64,000 nucleotides of DNA from a virus: positions 2,514 to 66,513 of the IMG/VR virus record IMGVR_UViG_3300028844_001770; one strand, written 5' to 3'. Positions 1-10,506 of the stretch are shown piece by piece. The notes under the pieces were generated by a model. The model was not told the origin of the DNA, searched no databases, and saw nothing but the letters and a program-made list of their open reading frames with translations. Within the stretch, counting starts at the first letter, position 1; each line of letters starts with the position of its first letter. The position numbers and the translations under genes are program-made.

Positions 1-1
1 A

Positions 2-1117
2 TTAACAATCTGGCAAGGTTCTGGCGGTCAATTATCTAGGGTTTACTCACAGGGATATCCACATAGTTTTGGATTATTCTATAGTGCGATGACACAGAGA
101 CTAGGACTTAAAGCACAAGAAGATGAATACATTCTTATGGGAATGGCAGCCTATGGAGGTGCTGATAGAAAGTATCGAAGTTCAACGCTAACGACTGAAC
201 TTATGAAAGAGTTGCGTATAACAACCCACAATCACAAATTACATACATTTGGCATCAACTTACACCGAGGGTGTGATTGGATTTTTCCAGACTTAACTAC
301 TGAACAAGATATGTTTGACTTGGCAGCCGCAACACAAGAAGTCTATGAGATTATGTTAGACAGAGTAATTAAACTTGCACATGAAAAGGTTTCATTCACT
401 TCTAACCTTGTTATGATGGGCGGATGTGCTTTAAATTGTAAAGCAAATAGTATGATAACTTCAAACTATGGATTTGATAATGTATGGATTATGCCTAATC
501 CTGGTGATGCTGGTAGTTCAATAGGAGTTGCACAAAAATATAATAGAGAAGATTGGAATCTTAACTGGAAAACACCATATCTTGGTCATAATATAGAGGG
601 CGAATATCCTGTAGAGAAATCTCTGAAAGCATTACTTGATGGAGAGATTATTGGTATTGCTAATGGTCGTGCTGAGTTTGGTCCTAGAGCGTTAGGTAAT
701 CGCACACTCACAGCAGACCCAAGAGGTCCGTTAATTAAAGATAAGATGAATGAGATTAAACGCAGACAGAAGTTTAGACCATTCGCTCCAATGATTTTAG
801 AAGAAGATGTACATGAATACTTTGAAATGCCTGAGAATGTAACACAGTCTCCATACATGCAATTTGTCGCAAAATGTAAGTTCCCATCAGAGTTTCCAGC
901 AATTGTCCACGTAGATGGCACTAGTAGAGTGCAAACAGTCAATCAACTACAACATCCAGATTTATATGTGTTATTGTCCAGTTTCAAAGAAGAGACTGGC
1001 TGCCCAATGCTAGTTAACACCTCACTAAATATAAAAGGGAAACCAATAGTAAATGACGAGAAGGATGCTATTGAATTTTCTCAATATTATGGTGTAAAAG
1101 TCTTTACATCTGACTAA
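2..1117 (+). CDS. Carbamoyltransferase (NodU/CmcH/TobZ family), 5'-truncated by window edge
   Basis: Motifs LMGMAAYG, GGCALNC, PNPGDAGSS, EFGPRALGNR, RPFAP, HVDGTSRVQTV, NTSLN; frame open from base 2. Confidence 0.93.
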   Translation, partial: LTIWQGSGGQLSRVYSQGYPHSFGLFYSAMTQRLGLKAQEDEYILMGMAAYGGADRKYRSSTLTTELMKELRITTHNHKLHTFGINLHRGCDWIFPDLTTEQDMFDLAAATQEVYEIMLDRVIKLAHEKVSFTSNLVMMGGCALNCKANSMITSNYGFDNVWIMPNPGDAGSSIGVAQKYNREDWNLNWKTPYLGHNIEGEYPVEKSLKALLDGEIIGIANGRAEFGPRALGNRTLTADPRGPLIKDKMNEIKRRQKFRPFAPMILEEDVHEYFEMPENVTQSPYMQFVAKCKFPSEFPAIVHVDGTSRVQTVNQLQHPDLYVLLSSFKEETGCPMLVNTSLNIKGKPIVNDEKDAIEFSQYYGVKVFTSD

Positions 1118-1131
1118 AAACATGCTATAAT
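1103..1131 (+). promoter_or_regulatory. sigma70-type promoter
   Basis: TTTACA-17 bp-TATAAT with extended TG, upstream of the 924 aa ORF. Confidence 0.6.
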
Positions 1132-1170
1132 ATATACAATATTACTGCAAATTTAATAAGGCTGGCATAA

Positions 1171-3945
1171 ATGGCATATGATGGATATTATCTAACCTAT
1201 AAGTCTGATATAGAAACACAAGAACGATTTGAAAAAGTACAGGAAAAGTATCCTAGTTTTCGTATGGTTAAGATTAACCTCGAAGACTGGAGTGACCCTA
1301 AGTTAGAACAAGCAATATCAAAAATTGCAACTATTTCTAATACGAAACATTTTTGGATTGTCGATGCTGATGTAAAAGTTCCAGATGACTTTAACTTTGA
1401 TTATGAAACTGATGACTTTGATGAAAATATCACTCACCTATGGAACTGTAAAGACCGAAATGTTTTTAGAAGTGTAGTTGGTGTTAAACTGTTCAAAACA
1501 GCAGATGTAAAAAACAAAGAAAAGGGTTTTGTAAGTGATGCATATTATTTAACAGGCGAACACAAAATACATGAAGGTAAACTTCCTGTGTATGACCCAA
1601 CAAAATCATACTATGAGATATTTTTGTGGAATAAGAGTTATGGTAAAAAAGAAGCAGAAAAACTAAAAGAAAAGTATGGTAAACGCATTACTGAAGTAAC
1701 AGGTGAAACAAGTGTAGAAGTACATGAAAAATGTAGAGAGATTACTAAAACTGATTACTACTATCTAGTAATGCCAAACACAACTATCTACGAAGACTTC
1801 AAGTTTGATTATTCCCTTGCTATGAATTTACAATCTACAGCACAGAAAATTGTACTCTGGCAAAAAGAGAATCCCGAAACTAAACTAGGTAGAGAATATC
1901 ATGGAGTAGGATTATTTCCTACTAAAGGAAAGTTGTTTTCTCAAAAAGAATATGACATATTTAATTTTAGAAAAAATGCAATCTATGAAAAAGAACCGGC
2001 TTCTTCAGATTTAGAATTTGAAGTAAAAGTAACAAACGATTTACATACATTCGACCATGAATGTGATTCTGATATGTATTGGTTAGTACATGAGGATGTA
2101 GAAGACTTTACTACAAATGGATTCTATCCAATGAGTTATGACCGAGATTATATTCATAACTTTGATGTAAAACTTTCTAGTGGAAAAGTTATTAGAAATG
2201 GTGTAAGATTAGTACCAAGCAATAATGCTACAAAAGAAAAGATGAAAGATGTACATCAGGTTTGTGGTTCAATTCCAGAGATAGAAAAGATAAGTGCTAG
2301 AACAGTTGAAGAGGCAATTTCTAAGGCAAGTGGTAAAAACTTTTGGATGATTAATCCAGATTTAGAAGAGACCTCATCAATCACTAAAGATTTCTATCCA
2401 GATTTATATGAAACTGGACCTACACATATGTGGAAGTTTTCTGGACGTGATGGCGAAAAAGACTTAGGTTATGGTGGTGTAGTCTTAAGTAATTTAGATT
2501 ATCATAAAGATAATATTATATTCCATGATGAATTTGTATCTCGTATACCCGAAAAGTCTAACATCAAAAAGTATTATACCCGAGACACATATACTGCTTA
2601 TAAAAGAGCAAGTAGAGAAACATTCTATTGGGCAATTGATACAGTGGTTCAACTTGTAGATACATTTGACTTTGATTTCTATCCAGACATATTTTCAATT
2701 AATAATGTGTTCGCTTTCAAATCTGAAGGCGGAGAAGAATCTGGTGTATATCTAGTTAATCGTCCGCATCTTGCATCATTTAATCCATCTGAAGAGGACT
2801 TCTCTTTCGATAGATTTAAGAATATTGTCAGAGTAGATGAAGTTGCATCTAGGGTAATCGCACATCCGGTATTCTATTTCGATGAAGGTATGTATGAGAG
2901 TAATACAAAAAAGTATATAAAAGATAAAACAGTAACGGTGTTATCGGGTTCATTAGAAGATACGTACCAAGAGGCCGCAAGGCTAACAGATACTGGATAT
3001 TTCTGGGCAATTGACAATGATGTAGATGTGTTAACAGACTTCGATAGGTCATTGTATATTGATAGACACCATAAGTCTCACTTTCACGTATGGCCCAAGA
3101 TAAATCCTGGCACTGGATTTATTCATCAGTATGGTGGATTAAAACTAATTCCAGCAGAAGCAATCAAGTCTATTAAACCAGACTCTGACAAAATAAGAAA
3201 GATGAAGTTTAAGAATAAGAAACCAATCAAGTCAGAGACAATTAAAACACGAGACATTCCCTACGATGTTATTATGCTAAGTTATAGAGAACCAGAAGCA
3301 GATGCAAACTATGCCAAGTTGTTAGAGAAGGTTCCTAATGCTAAGAGAGTTCATGGTGTGAAAGGTATTTTCAATGCACATCAAAGAGCATCAGAGATAG
3401 CAGACACTAGAATGTTTTATGTAATTGATGCTGATGCAATTCTATTAGATGATTTTAAGTTTGAGTATTTTCCAACAGTCTGGGATGAAGACACAGTTCA
3501 TGTGTGGAAATCTAAGAACCCTATCAATGGGTTAGTTTATGGTTTTGGTGGATTGAAATTATTTCCAACACAGTTATTGCGTGATGCTAAAGAATGGCGA
3601 GTTGACTTTACGACTTCAATCTCTGATAAGTTCAAGCCAATGCCTGCTACAGCGAACTACACAGCATTTAATACTAACCCATATGATACTTGGAAGTCAG
3701 CGTTTAGAGAGTGTACAAAGTTGTCTTCAAGTGTTATTCATAGGTCTAAACAAGGTGAAACTGATGAGCGTTTAGAAATATGGTGTACTGTAAATAATGA
3801 TGCAGAGTTCGGAGAATACGCAATAGCGGGTGCTAATGCAGGAAGAGAATATGGAACAAAACACGCCGGCGATGATGATGCATTAAGTAAGATTAATGAT
3901 TACGATTGGTTAAAAGCCATGTTTGAGGAGAATACAAATGGATAA
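1171..3945 (+). CDS. Multi-module glycosyltransferase-like protein (about 7 tandem GT-A-like repeats)
   Basis: Recurring [FY]W-x-[VI]-DxD...FxFD[YF]...H[VLM]W...GG[LV]xL motif; DAD/DND/DAD intact in modules 1, 6, 7. Confidence 0.65.
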   Translation: MAYDGYYLTYKSDIETQERFEKVQEKYPSFRMVKINLEDWSDPKLEQAISKIATISNTKHFWIVDADVKVPDDFNFDYETDDFDENITHLWNCKDRNVFRSVVGVKLFKTADVKNKEKGFVSDAYYLTGEHKIHEGKLPVYDPTKSYYEIFLWNKSYGKKEAEKLKEKYGKRITEVTGETSVEVHEKCREITKTDYYYLVMPNTTIYEDFKFDYSLAMNLQSTAQKIVLWQKENPETKLGREYHGVGLFPTKGKLFSQKEYDIFNFRKNAIYEKEPASSDLEFEVKVTNDLHTFDHECDSDMYWLVHEDVEDFTTNGFYPMSYDRDYIHNFDVKLSSGKVIRNGVRLVPSNNATKEKMKDVHQVCGSIPEIEKISARTVEEAISKASGKNFWMINPDLEETSSITKDFYPDLYETGPTHMWKFSGRDGEKDLGYGGVVLSNLDYHKDNIIFHDEFVSRIPEKSNIKKYYTRDTYTAYKRASRETFYWAIDTVVQLVDTFDFDFYPDIFSINNVFAFKSEGGEESGVYLVNRPHLASFNPSEEDFSFDRFKNIVRVDEVASRVIAHPVFYFDEGMYESNTKKYIKDKTVTVLSGSLEDTYQEAARLTDTGYFWAIDNDVDVLTDFDRSLYIDRHHKSHFHVWPKINPGTGFIHQYGGLKLIPAEAIKSIKPDSDKIRKMKFKNKKPIKSETIKTRDIPYDVIMLSYREPEADANYAKLLEKVPNAKRVHGVKGIFNAHQRASEIADTRMFYVIDADAILLDDFKFEYFPTVWDEDTVHVWKSKNPINGLVYGFGGLKLFPTQLLRDAKEWRVDFTTSISDKFKPMPATANYTAFNTNPYDTWKSAFRECTKLSSSVIHRSKQGETDERLEIWCTVNNDAEFGEYAIAGANAGREYGTKHAGDDDALSKINDYDWLKAMFEENTNG

Positions 3946-4126
3946 AAGTAAACTGAAAGACATAGATATAGAGATATCTGAAGCAAAAGTAAAAGAACTA
4001 CACTCTTCAGATGCCAAGTTAATGGAAGTTCTAGGAGCCATAGATTGGAAGTTATGGGAAATACTTCAGATTATGCAGTCTTGGGATAAAGAACAAGAGT
4101 TAGATGAGGACTTAGATGGCAAGTAA
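3938..4126 (+). CDS. Small hypothetical protein
   Basis: ATG at 3938 after GAGGAG, overlapping neighbours in operon fashion. Confidence 0.65.
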   Translation: MDKSKLKDIDIEISEAKVKELHSSDAKLMEVLGAIDWKLWEILQIMQSWDKEQELDEDLDGK

Positions 4127-5069
4127 GCAGAGATTGTCTATAAGAGATAAAAGAAGACAACGGCAATCTAAAGGTCCAATAACTTCTAATGATGAGTTAT
4201 ACGAAACAATGGGTGGCGCAATCTTTAAAGAAAAGGCATCACCAAAGAAAGTATTAGACACAAAGATAGAATACGTTAAGAGAAAACGAGGCAAAGCAAT
4301 AGTCCAGTCAGACTACGACTATATGATAATGGCAGATAGATTTTCAGAAACTAACGTAGCACAGCAACTTGGAAATTATAGACAAGGAATGGAATTTCTT
4401 GCTCACTGTACTTTGGCATCTGCTGAACACGACAGAATAATAGACAGATTAAAAGATTTAATTTACAGTTATCCTAATACAGATATGAGTTCTTTCGTTA
4501 ATAAGCACCATGCAATGCTTTATTCTTGGATGATTCAAAATATAATTCGTGTTTATGGACAGAAGTATCTAGGCACAGTATACGTACTAGGTGGTGGTAT
4601 TGGTTTATTGCCTGCAATGTTATTAGATACTCCACTAAGAATAGAAAATATAAGAAATATAGATATCAATGGCACATGTAAGTTTCTTGCTGATGAAATG
4701 ATGAAAAAAGAAGTCCTAGATAATTGGAAGTTCAAGGCTTCATCGCAAGATTTGTTTAAGATAAACTATGAGTTAAATAGATTAGAGATATTATTACCAG
4801 ACAATTCTATTTCAGAAGGATTTAATGAAGTTCCTGGTCTATTAATAAATACTAATCTAAGTCACTTAGAGAATATGGAAACTGATTGGTATAAAAAGAT
4901 GATACCCACGCAAAGAAAGTTAATTCTCGTAGGAGAAACAGGTGATGTAGCCCATCCTTATAAAACTCAAAAAGAATTCAATGCGGCATATCCAATGTCA
5001 TATGAACTATACAACGGAGTATTAAAAGTCGAAGACAAACAATATTTTATGAAGATAGGAATGAAATAG
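4116..5069 (+). CDS. Class I SAM-dependent methyltransferase-like protein
   Basis: VYVLGGGIG glycine loop, NIDIN acidic motif II, LINTN; paralogous to C-terminus of next gene. Confidence 0.6.
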   Translation: MASKQRLSIRDKRRQRQSKGPITSNDELYETMGGAIFKEKASPKKVLDTKIEYVKRKRGKAIVQSDYDYMIMADRFSETNVAQQLGNYRQGMEFLAHCTLASAEHDRIIDRLKDLIYSYPNTDMSSFVNKHHAMLYSWMIQNIIRVYGQKYLGTVYVLGGGIGLLPAMLLDTPLRIENIRNIDINGTCKFLADEMMKKEVLDNWKFKASSQDLFKINYELNRLEILLPDNSISEGFNEVPGLLINTNLSHLENMETDWYKKMIPTQRKLILVGETGDVAHPYKTQKEFNAAYPMSYELYNGVLKVEDKQYFMKIGMK

Positions 5070-5070
5070 A

Positions 5071-6273
5071 ATGCAATCGCATGAGATAGTAGATAGATTA
5101 ACAATATTATATGGTAACAAATATCCAGTTATCAATAGCCTTGAACGTGTGGCAAACACTGAAGTTCTAAGCGATATATTTGTTTTATCATCATATCTCT
5201 TGGGTAAAAAACATAGAGAAACAGTTAGTGCTTTAAAAAATCTGATATATGAACGCAAACCTGAAGACAATATATTTGTGTTGTTTAAAGTTATTGAACC
5301 TATTGCAGACGACAACGAGGCATTACATGCATTACGAAATGTAGTTAGTGGCTCTAATTTTGTAAATCTACAAACAGAACTATTATTCAAGTTAATAACT
5401 AATTTAGATAATAGAAATGAAGAAATTATAAGTGCTATAAAGAATTTGGTATCAAGCAGTTTAGAACCAGATATGTTTCTACTGTTCAAAGTGTTACAAG
5501 CAATAGATACTGAAAACGAATGGATTAGAACACTAAAGAGTGTGACAATATATAAAACTAATATACTGAAGTTAGCACACAAATTGACTGAAGAAAAGTA
5601 TACTCTTCCAATAAATATGGGAAAGATGATAAAGAGATTCGAAGGTCAAGCACTTACTGATGCATTTAGTAGAGGACAACTTAGAAGTAAACTATGGGTA
5701 AGTGATACAGTTAATGACCTAGGTATTGATTTGGGTGATATGGTTTATGTATGTGCTGGATGGTATGGAGTACTACCATCGATACTGTTTGAGAGAAATA
5801 AAGTAGAAAATATATTAAGTTTTGATTCAGATGATACAACTGACAATCCTGCTGATACATTAAACAAAGAAAAGACAATTGATGGATTAAAATTTAAGGC
5901 AGTAGTTAAAGATATCCACGAATTGAAATATAAAACTGAATCATTCAATGTGAACCACTATCAATACTCAGATGTGACTGAATTTAACATAACAAAACAA
6001 TCAATGCCTGTTAAGATGAATGCTACTTGTGTAATCAATACAAGTTGTGAACACATAGAAAACTTTGATAAATGGTGGGCTGGTATTCCAGATGGCATGC
6101 TAGTAATAATGCAGAACAACGATTTTGATGATGACGAAGCACACCAACACGCAGAAGATACTGTAACAAGTTTAGAAGAATTCTCTAATAGATTAAATTT
6201 GTCTGAAAACTATTATGAAGGTACACTAGCACTAGAAGAATATAATCGTTATATGGTGATAGGTAGAAAATAA
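5071..6273 (+). CDS. SAM-dependent methyltransferase-like protein with N-terminal helical repeats
   Basis: DAFSRGQLRSKLW, VCAGWYG, SFDSD, VINTSCEH, RYMVIG; about 4 N-terminal repeats (AL/IKNL, FxLFKV). Confidence 0.65.
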   Translation: MQSHEIVDRLTILYGNKYPVINSLERVANTEVLSDIFVLSSYLLGKKHRETVSALKNLIYERKPEDNIFVLFKVIEPIADDNEALHALRNVVSGSNFVNLQTELLFKLITNLDNRNEEIISAIKNLVSSSLEPDMFLLFKVLQAIDTENEWIRTLKSVTIYKTNILKLAHKLTEEKYTLPINMGKMIKRFEGQALTDAFSRGQLRSKLWVSDTVNDLGIDLGDMVYVCAGWYGVLPSILFERNKVENILSFDSDDTTDNPADTLNKEKTIDGLKFKAVVKDIHELKYKTESFNVNHYQYSDVTEFNITKQSMPVKMNATCVINTSCEHIENFDKWWAGIPDGMLVIMQNNDFDDDEAHQHAEDTVTSLEEFSNRLNLSENYYEGTLALEEYNRYMVIGRK

Positions 6274-7364
6274 TGAATCTATACAACTATGAAGATATTA
6301 AAGCAGTACACTTAGAGATTACAGAGAAGTGCCAAGCAAGATGTCCTATGTGTGATAGGAATCAAAACGGTGGTGCAGATAATCCTAATCTTGGTCTACA
6401 TGAGTTGACAGTATCAGATGTTCAAAAGATATTACCACCAGAGTTTGTCAAGCAACTTGATAGACTTTATATGTGTGGCAACTTTGGCGACCCAATCATT
6501 GCGAGTGATACACTAGAGGTATTTCAGTATTTAAGAGAACAAAATAGCACAATGACACTTGGTATGAATACAAATGCAGGTGCTAAAAAGCCAGATTGGT
6601 GGCGTGAACTTGCAACCTCTCTAGGCAAAAATCACTATGTTAAGTTTTCATTTGATGGACTAGGAGATACAAATCATATGTATCGACAAGGTGTTAACTG
6701 GGATATTGCATGGGAAAATGCAATGGCATTCATTGAAGCAGGTGGTAGAGCCCATTGGGATTATCTAATATTTGCACACAATGAACATCAAGTAGAAGAA
6801 GCAGAAGCACTATCAAAAGAAATGGGCTTTGAAAAGTTCATAGCAAAGAAAACTGGTAGATTTTTCTCTACAATGAAACAACAAACTAAAGAAGAACATC
6901 AAGCAGTTGACCACAAAGGCGCACAAAAACAATTATTACAAAAGCCAAAAGAAGTTAAGTATCAAAATAATGCAATAAAAGATATTATCAAGTTAGAAGA
7001 AAAGCATGGCTCATTAGAAAAGTATTATGATAATGTAAAGATAAAATGTAAAGTGGCAGCCGAGAAGAGTATGTATCTCAGTGCAGAGGGATTGATACTT
7101 CCTTGTTGTTGGGTTGCTGGAAGCATGTATAAGTTTTGGCAAAAACCCGGTGAGAATCAGGTATGGGAACTATTACAAGAATCAGGCGGCAAGGATGTTT
7201 TTGATGCTAAGAAGCACGGAATAAAATCAGTTTTGGGTAATGAATATTTTTCTGGTAGATTAGTAGATGGTTGGAATAAACCAAATACTCATTTAGGAAA
7301 ACCAATCGTATGTGCCCAAAAGTGTGGCGAAGAATTTGACGCCTTCAAGGCACAATTTAAATAA
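6273..7364 (+). CDS. Radical SAM enzyme with C-terminal Twitch/SPASM-like Cys domain
   Basis: CQARCPMC, CGNFGDP, SFDG, C-terminal C...PCCW...CAQKC. Confidence 0.92.
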   Translation: MNLYNYEDIKAVHLEITEKCQARCPMCDRNQNGGADNPNLGLHELTVSDVQKILPPEFVKQLDRLYMCGNFGDPIIASDTLEVFQYLREQNSTMTLGMNTNAGAKKPDWWRELATSLGKNHYVKFSFDGLGDTNHMYRQGVNWDIAWENAMAFIEAGGRAHWDYLIFAHNEHQVEEAEALSKEMGFEKFIAKKTGRFFSTMKQQTKEEHQAVDHKGAQKQLLQKPKEVKYQNNAIKDIIKLEEKHGSLEKYYDNVKIKCKVAAEKSMYLSAEGLILPCCWVAGSMYKFWQKPGENQVWELLQESGGKDVFDAKKHGIKSVLGNEYFSGRLVDGWNKPNTHLGKPIVCAQKCGEEFDAFKAQFK

Positions 7365-7371
7365 TAAATAC
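7364..7371 (+). promoter_or_regulatory. T4-like late promoter candidate
   Basis: ATAAATAC in intergenic gap upstream of the DUF1127 gene. Confidence 0.45.
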
Positions 7372-7404
7372 AGTAGTAAATAAAGTTAGGAACTAAAACG
7401 ACAA

Positions 7405-7605
7405 ATGACACTATTCAAAAAAATCTATACACTTCCGTATAGATTCTGGAAATACTTAATGACATGGCAAATGCATAGAGATACAATCAAACACCTCAAC
7501 AGACTTTCAAACAGAGACCTAAGAGATATCGGGCTAACACGAGGCGATATTAACAATTTAGTCTGGATGAAGGAAGACTTTGAAGAACAAGGCAAAGATG
7601 ACTAA
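7405..7605 (+). CDS. DUF1127 (YjiS-like) small protein
   Basis: RDTIKHLNRLSNRDLRDIGLTRGDI matches the DUF1127 signature LxxLsDxxLxDIGLxRxdi. Confidence 0.85.
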   Translation: MTLFKKIYTLPYRFWKYLMTWQMHRDTIKHLNRLSNRDLRDIGLTRGDINNLVWMKEDFEEQGKDD

Positions 7606-9142
7606 TAAAAACACTGAAGAATGGCGCAAAAGAACCAAAGCACCAACAGACACATTTTGTCTGTTGCCATGGATACATTTGAGTACACGTCCAAATGGAC
7701 ATATGCGAGTATGTTGTACTGCTAACGCATCAAGCGTGGGAGCAACAAACGATAAAGAGCATGGTGGCGAGGTAGGAGTTCTTAAACAAGCAGATGGCAA
7801 ACCAGCCAATCTAAATGTTACTGACCTAATGAGTAGTTGGAATAACGACTATATGAAGAATGTCAGAAAGCAAATGCTGAATGGTGAAAAACCAGCGTCA
7901 TGTCTGAAATGTTATGCAGAAGAAGATGCAGGTCATATGTCTAAACGATACTGGGAAACAGAATATTGGGCAAGACGTGTAGACTTAACAGAAATACTTG
8001 AAGAAACATCAGTAGATGGTGAGATACCACCAAAGATTCGCTACTTAGATTTACGTCTAGGTAGTAAGTGCAATCTGAAATGTATTATGTGTTCACCACA
8101 TGATAGTTCGTTGTGGGTTCCTGATTGGATTAAATTACATCCAACTATTGAGAATGAATCCCTTAAAGAAACTATGCAATGGGGCAACAAAGGGCAGATT
8201 GATGGTGCTAGTTATAACTGGCATAAAAAGAATACTGCTTTCTGGGAACAGTTATACGAACAAATTCCACATATGAAACAGTTATACTTTGCTGGTGGTG
8301 AAGCAACAATCATCGAAGAACATTATACTTTACTTGAAGAAGTTGTCAAAGCAGGATATGCCAAGAACATTGAATTAAGATACAACTCAAATGGTGTTGA
8401 AATGCCACAGAGATTATTTGATTTGTGGGATGAGTTTAAGAATGTGCGTTTTCATTACAGCGTAGATAGTATCGGTGAGATGAACGATTACATTCGTTTC
8501 CCAAGTAAATGGGACCACACAGTTAAGATGTTTCATCTACTAGACAACACTGGACCTAATGTAGAAGTCACTGTTGCTTGTGCTGTTCAAGCCCTCAACA
8601 TATACTACTTACCAGATTTTGTCAAGTGGAAATTAGAACAGAAGTTTAAGAAGATTAACTTATGGCCGTTGGGTGCAGGTATGATTAACTATCACTTTGT
8701 TTATCATCCACCACATCTGAATGTTAAAGTTCTTCCTAACTGGTTTAAAGAGATGACACACGCTAAGTTTGATAAGTTCATTGAATGGCTAGAGGCAAAC
8801 TGGGAACTATGTACAATAGGAGAAAGAGGCGAAGGCGTGACATATGATGAGTGGAGAGAAGCCGCATATGGTGTGAAAAGATTACGAGGTATGCTATCAT
8901 TCTCAGAGAGTGGAGATTGGTCACGAGAGCGTATGCCAGAGTTTATAGAATACATTAACAAGATGGATGGAATAAGAGATACGAACTTCAGAGATGTATT
9001 TCCAGAGATGGCACCATTACTAGATTGGACACCAGATGACGGTGATGACTGGGATGGTGAATTTGATGACAGACTATTAAGAGAATTAGAAGACGATGGA
9101 TTTCACGTTAACGCAGATGAATTAAATAGAGATGGAGAATAA
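7598..9142 (+). CDS. Radical SAM enzyme with N-terminal Twitch-like Cys domain
   Basis: CLLPW...VCC...CLKC then CNLKCIMC, FAGGE, YNSNG; ATG at 7598 preferred over TTG at 7580. Confidence 0.92.
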   Translation: MTNKNTEEWRKRTKAPTDTFCLLPWIHLSTRPNGHMRVCCTANASSVGATNDKEHGGEVGVLKQADGKPANLNVTDLMSSWNNDYMKNVRKQMLNGEKPASCLKCYAEEDAGHMSKRYWETEYWARRVDLTEILEETSVDGEIPPKIRYLDLRLGSKCNLKCIMCSPHDSSLWVPDWIKLHPTIENESLKETMQWGNKGQIDGASYNWHKKNTAFWEQLYEQIPHMKQLYFAGGEATIIEEHYTLLEEVVKAGYAKNIELRYNSNGVEMPQRLFDLWDEFKNVRFHYSVDSIGEMNDYIRFPSKWDHTVKMFHLLDNTGPNVEVTVACAVQALNIYYLPDFVKWKLEQKFKKINLWPLGAGMINYHFVYHPPHLNVKVLPNWFKEMTHAKFDKFIEWLEANWELCTIGERGEGVTYDEWREAAYGVKRLRGMLSFSESGDWSRERMPEFIEYINKMDGIRDTNFRDVFPEMAPLLDWTPDDGDDWDGEFDDRLLRELEDDGFHVNADELNRDGE

Positions 9143-9148
9143 TAAGAT

Positions 9149-9850
9149 ATGCCAGAAGTAAAACTAATATCATACAGCAAAGCAGTCGAAACACTAGAAG
9201 GTGATTTAAACGATGTACAGGAATTAATAGCATACTGTGCCAAAGTAAGCAATCCATCTAATCAGATTAATAAAGATACAAGTGCAAAATTAATTAGATA
9301 CTTGATTAATCATCAACATTGGAGTCCACTTGAAATGGTTAGTGCTTGTTTAGAAATTGAAACAACCCGAGACATTGCACACCAAATGGTTAGACATCGT
9401 AGTTTCTCATTTCAGGAATTCAGTCAGCGATATGCAGAACCATCAGAAATGGGCGAGCAATTTGTCACACGTGAATGTCGTTTACAAGACACAAAGAATA
9501 GACAGAACTCTATTGAAATAGAAAATGACCCAGCAACAGAATCGTCTCAATCACATATAGATTTGATTACTAATTGGCAGAGAAAACAACATGGAATAAT
9601 AAACCAAGCAAGAGACGTTTATAACTGGGCTATAGAAAATGGTATTGCTAAAGAACAAGCCCGTGTAGTATTGCCAGAAGGATTGACCAAAACAAGATTA
9701 TACATGAATGGTACAATTCGTAGTTGGGTACACTATATTGAATTACGTGGTGCCAACGGTACACAAAAAGAACATATGCAAATAGCACATGCTTGTGCTA
9801 AAGTTATTGCAGAGATATTTCCGTTGATTGGAGAAATAAGTGGCAATTAG
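9149..9850 (+). CDS. thyX: FAD-dependent thymidylate synthase ThyX
   Basis: HWSPLE, RHRSFSFQEFSQRY, AKEQARVVLP, TQKEH. Confidence 0.97.
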   Translation: MPEVKLISYSKAVETLEGDLNDVQELIAYCAKVSNPSNQINKDTSAKLIRYLINHQHWSPLEMVSACLEIETTRDIAHQMVRHRSFSFQEFSQRYAEPSEMGEQFVTRECRLQDTKNRQNSIEIENDPATESSQSHIDLITNWQRKQHGIINQARDVYNWAIENGIAKEQARVVLPEGLTKTRLYMNGTIRSWVHYIELRGANGTQKEHMQIAHACAKVIAEIFPLIGEISGN

Positions 9851-10496
9851 TAAGACAATATCTTGTGCTGGAACTGACTTGCATATCTTTGATGACGACA
9901 TAGGAGTGTGTGTTAGTGGTGGATTAGATAGTGCAATACTATTGTATTATCTAATGAAACATACTAAGTCTACTATTCATATATATTCTCAAGGATTCAA
10001 TGCCAAGCGTAGAAGAAATACCATAATTGCACCACAAGTGGTAGAGAAATGTATACAACTAACTGACAATATAAATATAGTACAGCATATAGACTACAAA
10101 GATGTGGGAACTTGGAGTTCAATTGCTGAAGCGCCAATTATGGCATTAGAACAAAATTTGATAAAAAGATTAGTAATTGGAGTAACAATGAATCCACCTG
10201 ACGATGTGGCAAATTCTTTTACTCCAGAACTAGACTTTGATTCAAGAAGAAAGACAACAGGAGATAACGATTTGTTTGTTAATTCTGGTACAATATATTA
10301 TCCTTGGGCAAATATAGATAAAAGAGATATTGCAAAGATGTATAAAGAAGAAGATTTGATGACCAGTTTATTCCCTGTTACAAGAAGTTGTGAATATGAC
10401 CCTACTTGTGATTACTTTGACGATATAGAAGACCCTAACTTGGGTCATTGTGGAGAGTGTTGGTGGTGTAAAGAACGAGAATGGGGATTTAAGTAA
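9840..10496 (+). CDS. QueC-like PP-loop ATPase
   Basis: SGGLDS PP-loop; TRSC...HCGECWWCKER Zn motif. Confidence 0.8.
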   Translation: MAISKTISCAGTDLHIFDDDIGVCVSGGLDSAILLYYLMKHTKSTIHIYSQGFNAKRRRNTIIAPQVVEKCIQLTDNINIVQHIDYKDVGTWSSIAEAPIMALEQNLIKRLVIGVTMNPPDDVANSFTPELDFDSRRKTTGDNDLFVNSGTIYYPWANIDKRDIAKMYKEEDLMTSLFPVTRSCEYDPTCDYFDDIEDPNLGHCGECWWCKEREWGFK

Positions 10497-10506
10497 AGGA
10501 TATAAT

